A stretch of 64,000 bases of DNA from Methanolinea sp. Lineage in GTDB: Archaea; Halobacteriota; Methanomicrobia; Methanomicrobiales; Methanospirillaceae. Location of the stretch: assembly GCA_018263335.1 (NCBI GenBank), contig JADFCY010000002.1:36249-100248 (forward strand). Reading direction: 5' to 3'. This document shows, one piece after another, positions 1 to 9,938 of the stretch. The notes beneath the pieces are model-generated. The model was not told the DNA's origin and ran no database searches. It saw nothing but the letters and a program-made list of their open reading frames with translations. Position 1 is the first letter of the stretch. Each line of letters begins with the position of its first letter. The translations under genes and the position numbers were made by a program.

Positions 1-5
1 GAAGG

Positions 6-206
6 ATGATAGGGCTCTCGGCCGGGCGGACTCTCATGGCAATCTCGCTTGGGGCGATTGCGGGCTGTACGCTGATTGCGGTCGGGGCCCAGTTGATAAA
101 GGAACTCATCCTCATGAACCTTCTCGCGGGGATTGGGGTGCTGATGGCGGTCCTGGTACTCCTGGCAGTCGCATACTTCCTGTATAAGAGGAGGTTGCAA
201 AAATGA
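6..206 (+). CDS. small hydrophobic protein, two predicted TM helices (hypothetical)
   Basis: 66-aa ORF from the ATG at 6. Almost entirely hydrophobic (LSLGAIAGCTLIAVGA, LLAGIGVLMAVLVLLAVAYFLY) with a basic KRRLQK tail. No family recognised. Confidence 0.35.
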   Translation: MIGLSAGRTLMAISLGAIAGCTLIAVGAQLIKELILMNLLAGIGVLMAVLVLLAVAYFLYKRRLQK

Positions 207-392
207 ATGCGCAATTCGCGGCCATTTCCCCCGGGGCGTCAGGGGGCCAGCGCATGGCTCCTGGCACTACACTGCGCAACGCCGTGAGATGTTCTTCATG
301 CCGGGCATTTGCGTTCGTTCTGCCATTCCCGTCGTCTTCATACGGTGGGAAAAACGCATGTCTCCGGATCCAGATGGAGGGAGTATGAGGCT

Positions 393-965
393 TTGAGCCT
401 TGTGATGGCTTTTTCAGGGATGTCGGGTGCGGTGATGGCAGGGGACCAGAGAGAGATCTTCTTCCAGGGAGACGAGTCCCGTATCGGGATCCTTCTGGCA
501 GAACTCAACTCAAACCTTCTCACGGACGATGAACAGCTCCATTCCCGTGCAAAAGAGCTCGGGATCGCGATTACCATAAGGGACGACAAGTGCAAAGTGA
601 CTTCGCGCGACGGCGTACTCATCGGGGAGGTGACTGAAACGGACGGCCCCGAAATCAGGAGGAGGCGTCTCTGCGTCTCCTGTGGGAAGTATGCCATCAT
701 CGAGAAGACGGGGCCTGAATGGACCGTCCTGTCCCGCGGTGAGGGGAGCCACTTCCTGGTCCTTGGAAACGATGCAACAAAGGCCATCGCTTACAACTGC
801 ATACAAAAGCACTGGAATCCTGGCGGAGGTACGCGGGAGGACGCGGTGAAGGTGCTCATCCTCTCAATGCAGGAGGCAGCAAAAAGGACCGCATCCGTGA
901 GCAGTGCGTTCTCCATCATCCAGACCCAGACAAGGGCCGACGTGCCGGGTACCACCTGCCTGTGA
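393..965 (+). CDS. conserved archaeal hypothetical protein (DUF2121-like, from memory)
   Basis: Part of ORF 309..965. A TTG at 393 lies 8 nt after a GGAGGGAG Shine-Dalgarno and gives the N-terminus MSLVMAFSGMSGAVMAGDQRE. ATG at 405 is the alternative start. The upstream part of the ORF is Arg/His-rich and looks non-coding. Confidence 0.55.
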   Translation: MSLVMAFSGMSGAVMAGDQREIFFQGDESRIGILLAELNSNLLTDDEQLHSRAKELGIAITIRDDKCKVTSRDGVLIGEVTETDGPEIRRRRLCVSCGKYAIIEKTGPEWTVLSRGEGSHFLVLGNDATKAIAYNCIQKHWNPGGGTREDAVKVLILSMQEAAKRTASVSSAFSIIQTQTRADVPGTTCL

Positions 966-1241
966 CGGGCACGGGTCCGTCATTGAAAACTGCTCGAGAC
1001 AAGGATGGTCTTCCATGCCACCCCGCACATATTTTTTCGGAAAGATCTCCCTTTCCCGAACGGATCTGATGGGAGGAGAGCCCGCACCCCGGACACCTGC
1101 ATTCCCCCCTGAAACAGGGTCACTCATGCATCAATCGAAGGGAGAGAGGCCAGGTTAATCCGCCTGATTGGGTATGTTCCCTGAAAGGGACTTTTATAGG
1201 AAGAAGAGAAAAATTTGAGAAGAAGATACAAGGAAGAGAGA

Positions 1242-1526
1242 ATGAACCCGAAAGTGCGCATGATCGTTGAAGAGTTCTTCCCCAAGATCATTGAGACACA
1301 TATCCGTACCAGGTCTTCGATCGAGACGGCAACGCTCAGCCTTGACCGTTATCGGACCATGGGAATGCAGGCCGTCCGGAACCTTCCTCCTGAAGTGCAA
1401 CAGGAGAACCAGGATGCACTCGACAGCGCCTACCGGCTCGCCATAGAGAGGCTTTTGGAATTTCATGCAAGCGAGGTCTCGCAAGCGGGCGCGGCAGTTC
1501 CCAAAAAGACGGCCGAGTCCCCCTGA
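1242..1526 (+). CDS. hypothetical helical protein
   Basis: ATG at 1242 inside ORF 1215..1526. It is preceded by a purine-rich leader and a TTTTATAG TATA-like box near 1192. 94 aa, no motif recognised. Confidence 0.4.
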   Translation: MNPKVRMIVEEFFPKIIETHIRTRSSIETATLSLDRYRTMGMQAVRNLPPEVQQENQDALDSAYRLAIERLLEFHASEVSQAGAAVPKKTAESP

Positions 1527-1687
1527 CGCCTCTTCTCCATACTCCCCCCAAACATCGCAGAACTGTATTCCCGCCGTTTCTATCTGATCACCACCTCCTG
1601 GTCCCGCGCAACAACATCGGAAATCCTATTAACTCCGGCATCGCAGTCTTTACTATGTCATGCTATGCCATAGCATGGTGAGTCTCC

Positions 1688-3013
1688 ATGAAGCGCGAGA
1701 GTATTTTATGTGTATTTCTGGCCGTCTGCCTCACGTTCCTGCTGTTGAGCTCAGGCTGCACCGAGCAGCAGCCTTCCGGAGAAGGGGGAGAAGTCAGGAT
1801 AGGAGTGGTCGCTTCCATGACCGGTGCGGCCAGCACGACCGGCAAAGACATCTGGCAGTCAGCCGAACTGGCAGCCGAAGAGATAAACGCAAAGGGCGGT
1901 ATTTATGTGAGCGGACTCGGGAAATCAGTCCCAATCCGCCTCGTACAGGGTGACGATGAATCCACACGCGAGGGCGGTCAGAAGGCGGTATCCAAGCTGA
2001 TCACCCAGGACAAGGTGGATGTCCTCGTCGGCGGCTATTCGAGCGCGGTGGTCTCTGCCCACCAGGCAATCGTCGCGGAATACAAGGTGCCTTACATCAT
2101 CTCCGGTGGTTCGAGCACGTCTGTATCGCACCGCAACGATATCGACACCAGTTACATGTTCTTCCACCGCCCGAACACCGACGATTCGGGGGAGGCGAGC
2201 ATCCTGTTCGTCGACCAGGTCGTCAGGCCCGCTCTGAATGGAAAATTCGGGTTCTCCGAAGACCGCCCGCTGAAGCTTGCCGTCATCTACCAGGACAGCC
2301 CGTTCGGGAAGGGACAGCTTGATGCCGTGAAGAACGTCATCGCGGCGCGCAACCTCAAAATAGAGATCATCGCAGAGGAGCCATTCAAGATGGGTGAGTC
2401 GGATTTCAGGACTGTGCTCACCTCCGTGAAGGCAAAGAACCCTGATATGATCTACTCTGTCACGTTCCTTAACGAACTCGTCCCCATGACGCAGCAGGCA
2501 AGGAGGGACGTCGGACTCAACACCCTTATCCTTGCAATCGAGAACAATGATGACCCTGACTATTACAAGGGCGTAGGGATATATGGCGACGGCCAGGTGA
2601 TGGAGAGCCGGTTCTCGCCCTACGCAGTCCCGAGGGGTTCGACCGAAGTTGCCACGAAGCAGTTCCTCGCCAACTTTGACAAGAAGTACGGTGGCTTTGC
2701 GGGGATGATGGGTGCTGCGACGTACGAATCCGTCTATATCACGAAGGAGGCGATCGAGAAAGCCGGGAGCCTTGACAAGGCAAAGATCAGGGATGCACTT
2801 GCGACCCTCTCCATGCCCCAGATGATGGAGATCATGAAGGGAGGGGTCATCTCGTTCTCCCCGGATTTCCGTGAGAGCAAGTTCGACCTCTACGTCGTCC
2901 AGCTCGCAATGGACCCGGCATCGGGAGAGCCGAGGCCCTTCATCGTCTGGCCTGATAACTTAAAAGACAGGGAATTTGTGGTGCCTGACTGGTATACTCC
3001 CGGATCCTCCTAA
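1688..3013 (+). CDS. livK: ABC transporter substrate-binding protein, branched-chain amino acid (LivK/Leu-Ile-Val) family, copy 1
   Basis: 441 aa. Signal peptide ends in LLLSSGC (lipobox-like). Type I periplasmic-binding-protein features (IGVVASMTGAASTTGKD, VDVLVGGYSSAV). Sits directly upstream of the livH/livM permease genes. Confidence 0.88.
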   Translation: MKRESILCVFLAVCLTFLLLSSGCTEQQPSGEGGEVRIGVVASMTGAASTTGKDIWQSAELAAEEINAKGGIYVSGLGKSVPIRLVQGDDESTREGGQKAVSKLITQDKVDVLVGGYSSAVVSAHQAIVAEYKVPYIISGGSSTSVSHRNDIDTSYMFFHRPNTDDSGEASILFVDQVVRPALNGKFGFSEDRPLKLAVIYQDSPFGKGQLDAVKNVIAARNLKIEIIAEEPFKMGESDFRTVLTSVKAKNPDMIYSVTFLNELVPMTQQARRDVGLNTLILAIENNDDPDYYKGVGIYGDGQVMESRFSPYAVPRGSTEVATKQFLANFDKKYGGFAGMMGAATYESVYITKEAIEKAGSLDKAKIRDALATLSMPQMMEIMKGGVISFSPDFRESKFDLYVVQLAMDPASGEPRPFIVWPDNLKDREFVVPDWYTPGSS

Positions 3014-3045
3014 ATCTTTTTTACGGACTGGAGAAGGATTACTGT

Positions 3046-3927
3046 ATGGACGGGACCATCGGGATACTCAGCCAGGTTGCCTTCTGGGGCCTTTATTCGG
3101 GGTGCATCTACATCCTTCTGGCCACCGGTCTCAACCTCATCTTCGGGGTGATGAAGATCGTGAATTTCGCCCATGGCGAGTTCCTGATGCTCGGGACCTA
3201 CATCACGTTCTTCCTCTTTGTGATCAGCGGGTTCAACCCGTATATCCTCCTGATAGGCTCAATTCCCATACTCATCATTGTAGGGGTCATTGTCGAAAGG
3301 CTGTGCTTCAGGCCGATCCTCGGCACGGGCAAGCTGAACGAGATCTTCATCAGCCTCGGGTTGATCTACATCTTCCAGAACCTCGTCGCACTCATCTGGA
3401 CGGATGAATGGAGGTCTATGAGGAGCCCGTATGCGGATATCCTCATCAATCTTGGCCCAATCCAGCTGCCTCTCGATTACCTTATCATCATCACGGTGAC
3501 AGCGATGATCCTCGTCTCCCTCTACATCTTCCTCCAGAAGACCACACTCGGCAGGGCTATCAGGGCGGCGAGTCAGAACCGCAAGGGCGCCATGCTGATG
3601 GGAGTCAACGTCGAGAAGGTGGACATGCTCACCTTCGGCATCGGTGCAGGGCTCGCCGGTGCGGCGGGGACACTGTGGGCAGTGAGCGGACAGGTCTTCA
3701 ACCCGTACATGGGTTCGATCCCTGCCATAAAGGGCTTCGCCATCATCATCCTTGGCGGGCTCGGGAGCATCCCGGGAGCCATCATCGGGGGCCTCGCCAT
3801 CGGCATGGTCGAGAACTTCACCGCATTCACGCTCGGTGGTTCCTGGAAGGATGCCGTGTCCTTCATCCTGTTGATCGTGGTGCTCGTGATCAGGCCGACC
3901 GGCCTCTTCGGGGAGGCCGAGGAATGA
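3046..3927 (+). CDS. livH: branched-chain amino acid ABC transporter permease (LivH type)
   Basis: 293 aa polytopic membrane protein. Typical LivH N-terminus (GLYSGCIYILLATGLNLIFGVMKIVNFAHGEF). Followed by livM with an ATGA overlap. Confidence 0.9.
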   Translation: MDGTIGILSQVAFWGLYSGCIYILLATGLNLIFGVMKIVNFAHGEFLMLGTYITFFLFVISGFNPYILLIGSIPILIIVGVIVERLCFRPILGTGKLNEIFISLGLIYIFQNLVALIWTDEWRSMRSPYADILINLGPIQLPLDYLIIITVTAMILVSLYIFLQKTTLGRAIRAASQNRKGAMLMGVNVEKVDMLTFGIGAGLAGAAGTLWAVSGQVFNPYMGSIPAIKGFAIIILGGLGSIPGAIIGGLAIGMVENFTAFTLGGSWKDAVSFILLIVVLVIRPTGLFGEAEE

Positions 3928-4889
3928 AGCTGCTCGACCCGCGTGATCCTCGCCACCTGCTCACGGTGGGATTCCTGGTGCTCGCGTTCCTGATTCCCCT
4001 CGTCATCGGATCGAGCCTCTATTACCTGACCATCCTCATCCTGATGCTGATATTCATCATCTACGCCTCAGCCTGGAACTTCCTCACCTTCTCCGGCCAG
4101 GGCTCACTTGGGCATGCGGCTTTCTTTGGTATCGGGGGATATGCCGCATCGCTGGTGGCCCTGAAGGTGGGGCTCCCGCCGCTCGTCACCCTCCTATTCG
4201 GCGGGTGCTTTGCCGCGCTGATCGGGGTCCTCATCGGGCTTACGTGTGTCCGTCTCCGTGAGTGGTTCCTGGCCATGGTGACGTTTGGGTTCGCGGTGAT
4301 CATCCAGACGCTCATCGTCAGCCAGCTCGCCCCGGTGACCGGCGGGTGGGACGGGTTCCCAGTCCCGAAACTTGTCCCCACCACCATCCCGGGGTACCTG
4401 ATGATCGAGTATTACCTGGTCCTGCTGATTGCGATCGCGGTCATCCTCACCTTCCGATACCTTCTCCAGTCGAGAATCGGGCTGGCACTGGCAGCAATCC
4501 GGGAGAACGAGGTAGAGGCGAGAGCTGCCGGAATCAACCCCGTGCCTTTCAAGCTCTTTGCGTTCGGTGTCAGCGCGTTCGTCACGGGGATCGCGGGGAG
4601 CCTTGAGATATTCCACTTCGGGTATATCACACCGGAGATATTCGGGATTGATCTCTCGTTCTGGCCAATCATCTATTCCATCACGGGAGGACTCGGGACC
4701 CTTTCGGGGCCGATCGTGGGAACTATCATTGTCACGCTGCTCTGGGACGGCCTGAACGCATTAGGCCTGACTTATGCGCGTTTTATCATCATCGGCGTCC
4801 TTCTCGTGCTCATCATCATCTTCCTGCCGCGGGGACTCGTCTCACTTCCCGACGAGATCAGAAAGAGACTCAAAGGAAAGAGATCCTGA
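3924..4889 (+). CDS. livM: branched-chain amino acid ABC transporter permease (LivM type)
   Basis: In-frame ATG at 3924 within ORF 3408..4889; the ATGA overlaps the livH stop. From MKLLDPRD the protein is hydrophobic and carries the LivM motif (YASAWNFLTFSGQGSLGHAAFFGIGGY). The upstream 172 codons are Arg/His-rich shadow sequence. Confidence 0.9.
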   Translation: MKLLDPRDPRHLLTVGFLVLAFLIPLVIGSSLYYLTILILMLIFIIYASAWNFLTFSGQGSLGHAAFFGIGGYAASLVALKVGLPPLVTLLFGGCFAALIGVLIGLTCVRLREWFLAMVTFGFAVIIQTLIVSQLAPVTGGWDGFPVPKLVPTTIPGYLMIEYYLVLLIAIAVILTFRYLLQSRIGLALAAIRENEVEARAAGINPVPFKLFAFGVSAFVTGIAGSLEIFHFGYITPEIFGIDLSFWPIIYSITGGLGTLSGPIVGTIIVTLLWDGLNALGLTYARFIIIGVLLVLIIIFLPRGLVSLPDEIRKRLKGKRS

Positions 4890-5099
4890 CCCTTTCTCTT
4901 GAGGTGAGGGGGTCTGCGAGGCGTGCCCGGGAGGGTTTTCCCAAGAACCTCTCTCCCGGTTCCCCCCCACTCCGGTTTTCGCTCGTGCATGACCTGGCCA
5001 GTGAATCGCAAATCAACGACGTGCCATTCAGATGATGGCACGCAGGATCACTGACGCCGGTGTGACGGATGCGGAGGGGGAGTGTGCCTCACACACCGG

Positions 5100-5109
5100 A
5101 AAAAAGAGA
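5100..5109 (-). terminator. oligo-T tract downstream of livF (putative archaeal terminator)
   Basis: The minus strand reads GTCTCTTTTTTCC about 25 nt after the livF stop. It is followed by an imperfect hairpin (CCGGTGTGA...TCACACACCGG, 5056-5099). Confidence 0.3.
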
Positions 5110-5129
5110 CAGGATGTGCAGAAAAGTGA

Positions 5130-5822
5130 CTACATCCCAAGATATGCTTCCTTTATCTGATCGTCGTGGAGGAGCTCCTCGGCAGGACCGGTCTTTGTGA
5201 TCCTCCCGCTCTCGAGGACATATCCCCTGTGAGAGATCTCAAGCGCCCTTCGCACGTTCTGCTCAACAAGCAGGATTGTCAGGCCCTCCTCGTTCAGACG
5301 CTGGACAGTCCCGAGCACCATATGGACGAGCTTGGGGGAGAGGCCAAGAGATGGTTCATCGAGGACGATGATCTCGGGGTCTGCCATGAGGCACCTCCCG
5401 ATGGCAAGCATCTGCTGCTCGCCCCCGCTCAGAGTACCCGCATTCTGCGCCTGCCTGTCTTTGAGTATGGGAAAGAGCTCAAACACATGGTCGAGCGCGT
5501 CACCATGACTGCGCACATAGGCGCCAAGCTCCAGGTTTTCTCTCACGGTCATCCTCGGGAAGAGCTCCCGCTTCTCGGGCACGAGGGAGAGGCGGCGCCG
5601 GACGATTTCGTAGGTGGGAAGGCCGAGTATGTTCTCGTCCCGCAGGAGGATCCGCCCTGTGGGAGAGGAGTTGAGTCCAAAGATGGTTGAAACGAGGGTG
5701 CTCTTCCCCGCACCGTTCGAGCCGATAAGCGTGACTACCTCTCCCCTTGAGACCTGCAGGGAGACGTCCCACAACACCTGGAGGTGTGAATACGATACGT
5801 TCAGGTTCTCTATGGCGAGCAC
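5130..5822 (-). CDS. livF: branched-chain amino acid ABC transporter ATP-binding protein (LivF type)
   Basis: 230 aa. Walker A GSNGAGKST, signature LSGGEQQML, Walker B IIVLDEPS. Confidence 0.92.
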   Translation of the reverse strand: MLAIENLNVSYSHLQVLWDVSLQVSRGEVVTLIGSNGAGKSTLVSTIFGLNSSPTGRILLRDENILGLPTYEIVRRRLSLVPEKRELFPRMTVRENLELGAYVRSHGDALDHVFELFPILKDRQAQNAGTLSGGEQQMLAIGRCLMADPEIIVLDEPSLGLSPKLVHMVLGTVQRLNEEGLTILLVEQNVRRALEISHRGYVLESGRITKTGPAEELLHDDQIKEAYLGM

Positions 5823-5837
5823 GGGATTCTTCTCCGG

Positions 5838-6566
5838 TTAGAAGTGATAGCGCTCCCCAAGATATGAATCTATGACCTGCTCGTTGGAGGCGATCTCTTC
5901 CGGTGTCCCCTCGGCAATCTTCTCTCCGTGGTCGAGGACGACAATACGGTCGGAGACCCCCATGATGATGCGCATGACGTGCTCGATGATAAGGATTGTC
6001 AGGCCGTCGCTCCTTATCTCATGGATGAGACGCATCGCCTCCTTCCCTTCGCTCGGCGTGAGACCGGTCGTGAGTTCGTCAAGGAGGAGAAGTTTCGGAT
6101 GGGATGCAAGTGCCCTCGCAAGTTGCGACCTCCGGAGTTCTATCGTGTTGAGGCTGCTGACAGGGCTGTCGATCTTCGCCATGGGAAACCCGACCCGGAT
6201 AAGGCATTCCTCAGCCTCGGAATGCGCCTCCTTCACCGATGGTCGGCGGCCATTGCCGTAGAGTGCGCTGATCATCACTGCCTCTCTTGCGGTAAGGCCA
6301 GGAAACGAGCGCGGATGCTGGAAAGTCTTGGAGATTCCTTTCTTGCAGACGGCATCGAGGGAGAGACGTGTGATGTCTTCTCCTCCAAATATGATACCCC
6401 CCGAATCAGGGCGGTATATGCCTGAAATGAGGTTCATCAGGGTTGTCTTTCCTGCGCCGTTTGGGCCTACCAGGCCCAGGATCTCGCCTTCGTTGAGCGA
6501 AAGGTCAACCCTGTTCACCGCGGTAAGACCGCCGAAAGATTTTGTCACTCCGTTGACCCTGAGCAT
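5838..6566 (-). CDS. livG: branched-chain amino acid ABC transporter ATP-binding protein (LivG type)
   Basis: ORF 5838..6608. Start taken at MLRVNGVTKSFGG (6566). Walker A GPNGAGKTT, Walker B LLLLDELTTGL, and a LivG-type C-terminal extension. Confidence 0.9.
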   Translation of the reverse strand: MLRVNGVTKSFGGLTAVNRVDLSLNEGEILGLVGPNGAGKTTLMNLISGIYRPDSGGIIFGGEDITRLSLDAVCKKGISKTFQHPRSFPGLTAREAVMISALYGNGRRPSVKEAHSEAEECLIRVGFPMAKIDSPVSSLNTIELRRSQLARALASHPKLLLLDELTTGLTPSEGKEAMRLIHEIRSDGLTILIIEHVMRIIMGVSDRIVVLDHGEKIAEGTPEEIASNEQVIDSYLGERYHF

Positions 6567-6647
6567 TCCATGCACCCTGCTAACAAATAGCATGATATAT
6601 GTTAGCATGTAACAATATAAGCATATCCTTCGGGGTGAATTGAAGCG

Positions 6648-7964
6648 ATGAAGTATTCTTACCTGTACGTGGGGCTTCTCCTGGCCCTGGTGCTCTGTGC
6701 CGCATGTACACAGCAGCAGCCCCTATCCCAGGAGACCGTGAAGATAGGGGTGGTGGCGTCGATGACGGGGCCTGCAAGCACCACTGGAAAAGACATCTGG
6801 CAATCAGCCGTGCTTGCTGCCGATGAGATCAATGCCCGGGGCGGAGTCTTTGTCAAAGACCAAAACGCAAAGATTCCCATCACTCTCATCCAGGGAGATG
6901 ACGAATCGACAAGGGAGGGGGGACAGAAGGCAGTCTCACGGCTGATCACACAGGACAAGGTGGATGTCCTGGTTGGCGGCTTCTCGAGCGCGGTGGTTTC
7001 AGCTCACCAGTCGATAGTGGCCGAGCATGGCGTTCCCTATATCATCACCGGGGCTTCCACTCCCACCATCACGCAGAGGACCGATATCGATACAGGGACG
7101 ATGTTCCACTACTGCCCGACTACCGACGATTACGGGGAACAGACGACACTCTTTGTCGATGAAGTCATCAGGGATGCAATAAATGCGCACTTTGGATACT
7201 CTGACACCCGGCCCCTCCGCCTGGCCCTGCTTGTCCAGGACAGCCCGTACGGGAAAGGCGTCCAGAAGGCAGTGAAAGATACCATCGCGAAGAGGAATCT
7301 CAATATCGTGATTGTTGCGGAAGAGACGTTCAAGATGGGGGAGACGGACTTCCGGACCGCGCTCACTTCCATAAAGGCCGCACAGCCGGACGTGGTCTAT
7401 CCTGCCGCATTCTTAAACGAGCAGATCCCGATGGTGACCCAGGCGAGGAGGGATGTCGGGCTGAACACCATCTTCCTTGCCGTCGAGTGCAATGACGATC
7501 CCGATTACTACGAGGGCCTCGGGAGATACGGGGAATACTCCATCATCGAGACACGTTTCAGCCCCTATGCAATACCGAGGGGAGACATCGCGGATGACAT
7601 GGCAGCGTTCAGGGTAAACTTCCAGAAGAGGTGGGGGTCATACCCCGGCATGATGGGAGCGTCGACCTACGAGGGAATCTACATCGCGGCCCGCGCGGTT
7701 GAGGAGGCGGGGACCAGGCAGAAGGAAAAAGTCACTGCCGCACTCGATGCACTGTCGATGCCGCAGATGATCGAGGCGATGAAGGGCGGGGTGATCACCT
7801 TCACCGATGATTTCCGTGAGGCAAAGTTCGATCTCTACATGGAGCAGCTCATGTGGAACGAGACCAGCCAGGAACTCCGGCCCGTGATCGTATGGCCTGA
7901 CCACATGAAAGAGGCTGATTTCGTCCTGCCCGGGTGGTACGTCCCGGGACCGGCCACGCCGTGA
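6648..7964 (+). CDS. livK: ABC transporter substrate-binding protein, LivK family, copy 2 (paralogue of 1688..3013)
   Basis: 438 aa, colinear with copy 1 over its full length (shared blocks IGVVASMTG.ASTTGKDIWQSA, GDDESTREGGQKAVS.LITQDKVDVLVGG, ARRDVGLNT). Signal peptide ends in LCAAC. Confidence 0.88.
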   Translation: MKYSYLYVGLLLALVLCAACTQQQPLSQETVKIGVVASMTGPASTTGKDIWQSAVLAADEINARGGVFVKDQNAKIPITLIQGDDESTREGGQKAVSRLITQDKVDVLVGGFSSAVVSAHQSIVAEHGVPYIITGASTPTITQRTDIDTGTMFHYCPTTDDYGEQTTLFVDEVIRDAINAHFGYSDTRPLRLALLVQDSPYGKGVQKAVKDTIAKRNLNIVIVAEETFKMGETDFRTALTSIKAAQPDVVYPAAFLNEQIPMVTQARRDVGLNTIFLAVECNDDPDYYEGLGRYGEYSIIETRFSPYAIPRGDIADDMAAFRVNFQKRWGSYPGMMGASTYEGIYIAARAVEEAGTRQKEKVTAALDALSMPQMIEAMKGGVITFTDDFREAKFDLYMEQLMWNETSQELRPVIVWPDHMKEADFVLPGWYVPGPATP

Positions 7965-7991
7965 TCTCTCCCTCTCCCATCTCCTGTTTTT

Positions 7992-9776
7992 TTAGCCGCC
8001 CGTCCGACCAGGACCCTGATCCCGGGCGTTGCCGAACCTGTATACCCCTTTCGGAACCCGGATCTCGAAGCGTGCGCCTTCTCCCGGGACTCCGGTTTCT
8101 GATATTGTGATACCCGTCACTGACAGTATTCCCCTCGTCAGGAACAGCCCAAGGCCGCGGTTCCTTCCAAACCCCTGCTCGAAGATCAGGTTTTTCTGGT
8201 GAGAGGGAATTCCCACGCCGTCGTCCTCGTACACAAGGACGCCTGAACCCTCCTCTTCGTGGAATGTGAGCCGGATCCTGGTCACCTTCTCTCCATGATT
8301 GAGTGAATTGTCTATCAGGTTGAATATCACTCTCCCGAGGAGCGGATCGGAATATATCTCGAGATCCCCGGTATCGATGTCCACATCGACCTCACCCAGA
8401 GGCATCTTCCTTCCAATGCCGGTGGCGAGATCACGGATGTTGAACCACGCCGGCCTCGCATGGTCCCCGCCCAACTCGTACTCGCGGGTGAATGCCAGCT
8501 GCTCTTCTATTGCAGCAGACGCGGAACTGATGCGGTCAATAAATGGAACTGCCGGAGAGTCGGAAGGCAGTGAATCGCGGGAGAGGTCTGCAAAACCCCT
8601 TATCACTGTTATCTGGTTCAAAATATCGTGGCGCGTGATCTTCGAGAGCAGTTTCAGCTTCTCGTTTGCTATCCTCGCACTCTCCCTTGCAGCACGCTCC
8701 GCTTTGATATGTTCTTCCAGCGCATCGAGGGTATGGTCAATCCCCGCGGAGAGGCTTGAGATCTCATCGTCACCGGAGAGACGGGTTCGGGCTGAAAAAT
8801 CCTGCGTGTCTGCGATCTCCTTCATCTTCGCCTCAAGGAGGGAGAGCCTCGAGAGGAAACTCCGGTCTATTATATAAATGACGGCAAGGACGCTGGTGCA
8901 CCCGATAGCGGCGATGAGGGAAAGGGAGAGGAGCAGGCTCTCCATCGCAATCCGGTGGGTAACCCTCGGGCTTTCGACCCGGAATACGGCTGCGGGCATC
9001 CCGTAAATATCCTCAAAGAGGGTAATGGCGGTGATGGTGTTTCCATCCGGCGAAATACTCACAAGGGAGGATCTCTCCTGCCTCCCTACGCTTTCCTGGA
9101 CAATATCCCATGCAGTCTCTCCATCCGCTGCACACAGGACCGAGAGGTTTGTGGAAGTCAGGCGTGCTATCCTTGCGACCTCCGTGTCACCAAGGTACCG
9201 CCCGATACAGAGATAGCCTGCAACGGGCCCGGTCGAATCGCTCCTCAATATTGGATCAAGAGAGATGAGGAGGAGCCCCTCAGGGAGGCTGATGATCCCG
9301 CTGATTCTTGCATCTTCACCTCCTTTGTTCCTGTGAATTTCATCAAGAATCTCTTTTGCAGGGTTGACCGCGAGTGCCTGCGGAATTTCAATCTCCCGGA
9401 ATCCGAGATAATCATATCCTTTCCCGTAAAAAAGAGTCCCATTGAGGTCATAATACAGCATGAGGTTGAGTTGCAGGCTTGTAAACGTCTTATCCATCAG
9501 GTTATTCTCGATATATTTTCCATCCCGGTCCTGCGCAAAAAAGTACGTATCATCCCACTGGCTCCAATCTAAGGCCGTTCCTTCAAGTGAGACCAGATCG
9601 TTCTCCACAATCCGGACTGTCCGAAGCACGCCCTCTGATGCCTCTCTTGACTCGATCTGCGCGATGGCAGGGATCATCACGAGCTGCATGCCCGCAAAGA
9701 TTGCCGTACCAATGGCGAGTACGAGGATGAGAATCGCGAAAATCACGTTCCTGCGTATGTGCATGCGTCTGTTCAA
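7992..9776 (-). CDS. membrane sensor histidine kinase with a large extracytoplasmic (CHASE4-like) domain
   Basis: 594 aa. TM1 is followed by a ~250-aa loop containing WSQWDDTYFF, then TM2, a coiled-coil linker, an H-box (ITRHDILNQITVIRGF) and an HATPase_c domain (NLIDNSLNHG, YEDDGVGIP, GLGLFL). Confidence 0.85.
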   Translation of the reverse strand: MNRRMHIRRNVIFAILILVLAIGTAIFAGMQLVMIPAIAQIESREASEGVLRTVRIVENDLVSLEGTALDWSQWDDTYFFAQDRDGKYIENNLMDKTFTSLQLNLMLYYDLNGTLFYGKGYDYLGFREIEIPQALAVNPAKEILDEIHRNKGGEDARISGIISLPEGLLLISLDPILRSDSTGPVAGYLCIGRYLGDTEVARIARLTSTNLSVLCAADGETAWDIVQESVGRQERSSLVSISPDGNTITAITLFEDIYGMPAAVFRVESPRVTHRIAMESLLLSLSLIAAIGCTSVLAVIYIIDRSFLSRLSLLEAKMKEIADTQDFSARTRLSGDDEISSLSAGIDHTLDALEEHIKAERAARESARIANEKLKLLSKITRHDILNQITVIRGFADLSRDSLPSDSPAVPFIDRISSASAAIEEQLAFTREYELGGDHARPAWFNIRDLATGIGRKMPLGEVDVDIDTGDLEIYSDPLLGRVIFNLIDNSLNHGEKVTRIRLTFHEEEGSGVLVYEDDGVGIPSHQKNLIFEQGFGRNRGLGLFLTRGILSVTGITISETGVPGEGARFEIRVPKGVYRFGNARDQGPGRTGG

Positions 9777-9938
9777 CCTGCCCTGGTCCTCTGTCGTTCA
9801 ATGAATGCAGTACCAATCTGTCCTGCAGTTGGACACGCCAAATGGCAGGGAGCAGGCTCTATATGAGGCACGTCTCAAATGTCATTCTCACATGGCATCA
9901 AAATTACTATCACTGCCCATTTGAAAGAGAGTTATATC

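Noticed and set aside
203-388. 61-aa ORF between the first small membrane ORF and the DUF2121-like gene.
   Set aside because: Ala/Gly/Arg/Ser-rich with no start signals. It overlaps the probable promoter and Shine-Dalgarno region of the following gene.
3408-3923. 172-codon N-terminal extension of the livM ORF overlapping livH in another frame.
   Set aside because: The extension is Arg/His/Gly-rich and non-hydrophobic. The ATG at 3924 forms an ATGA junction with the livH stop and gives a normal LivM N-terminus.
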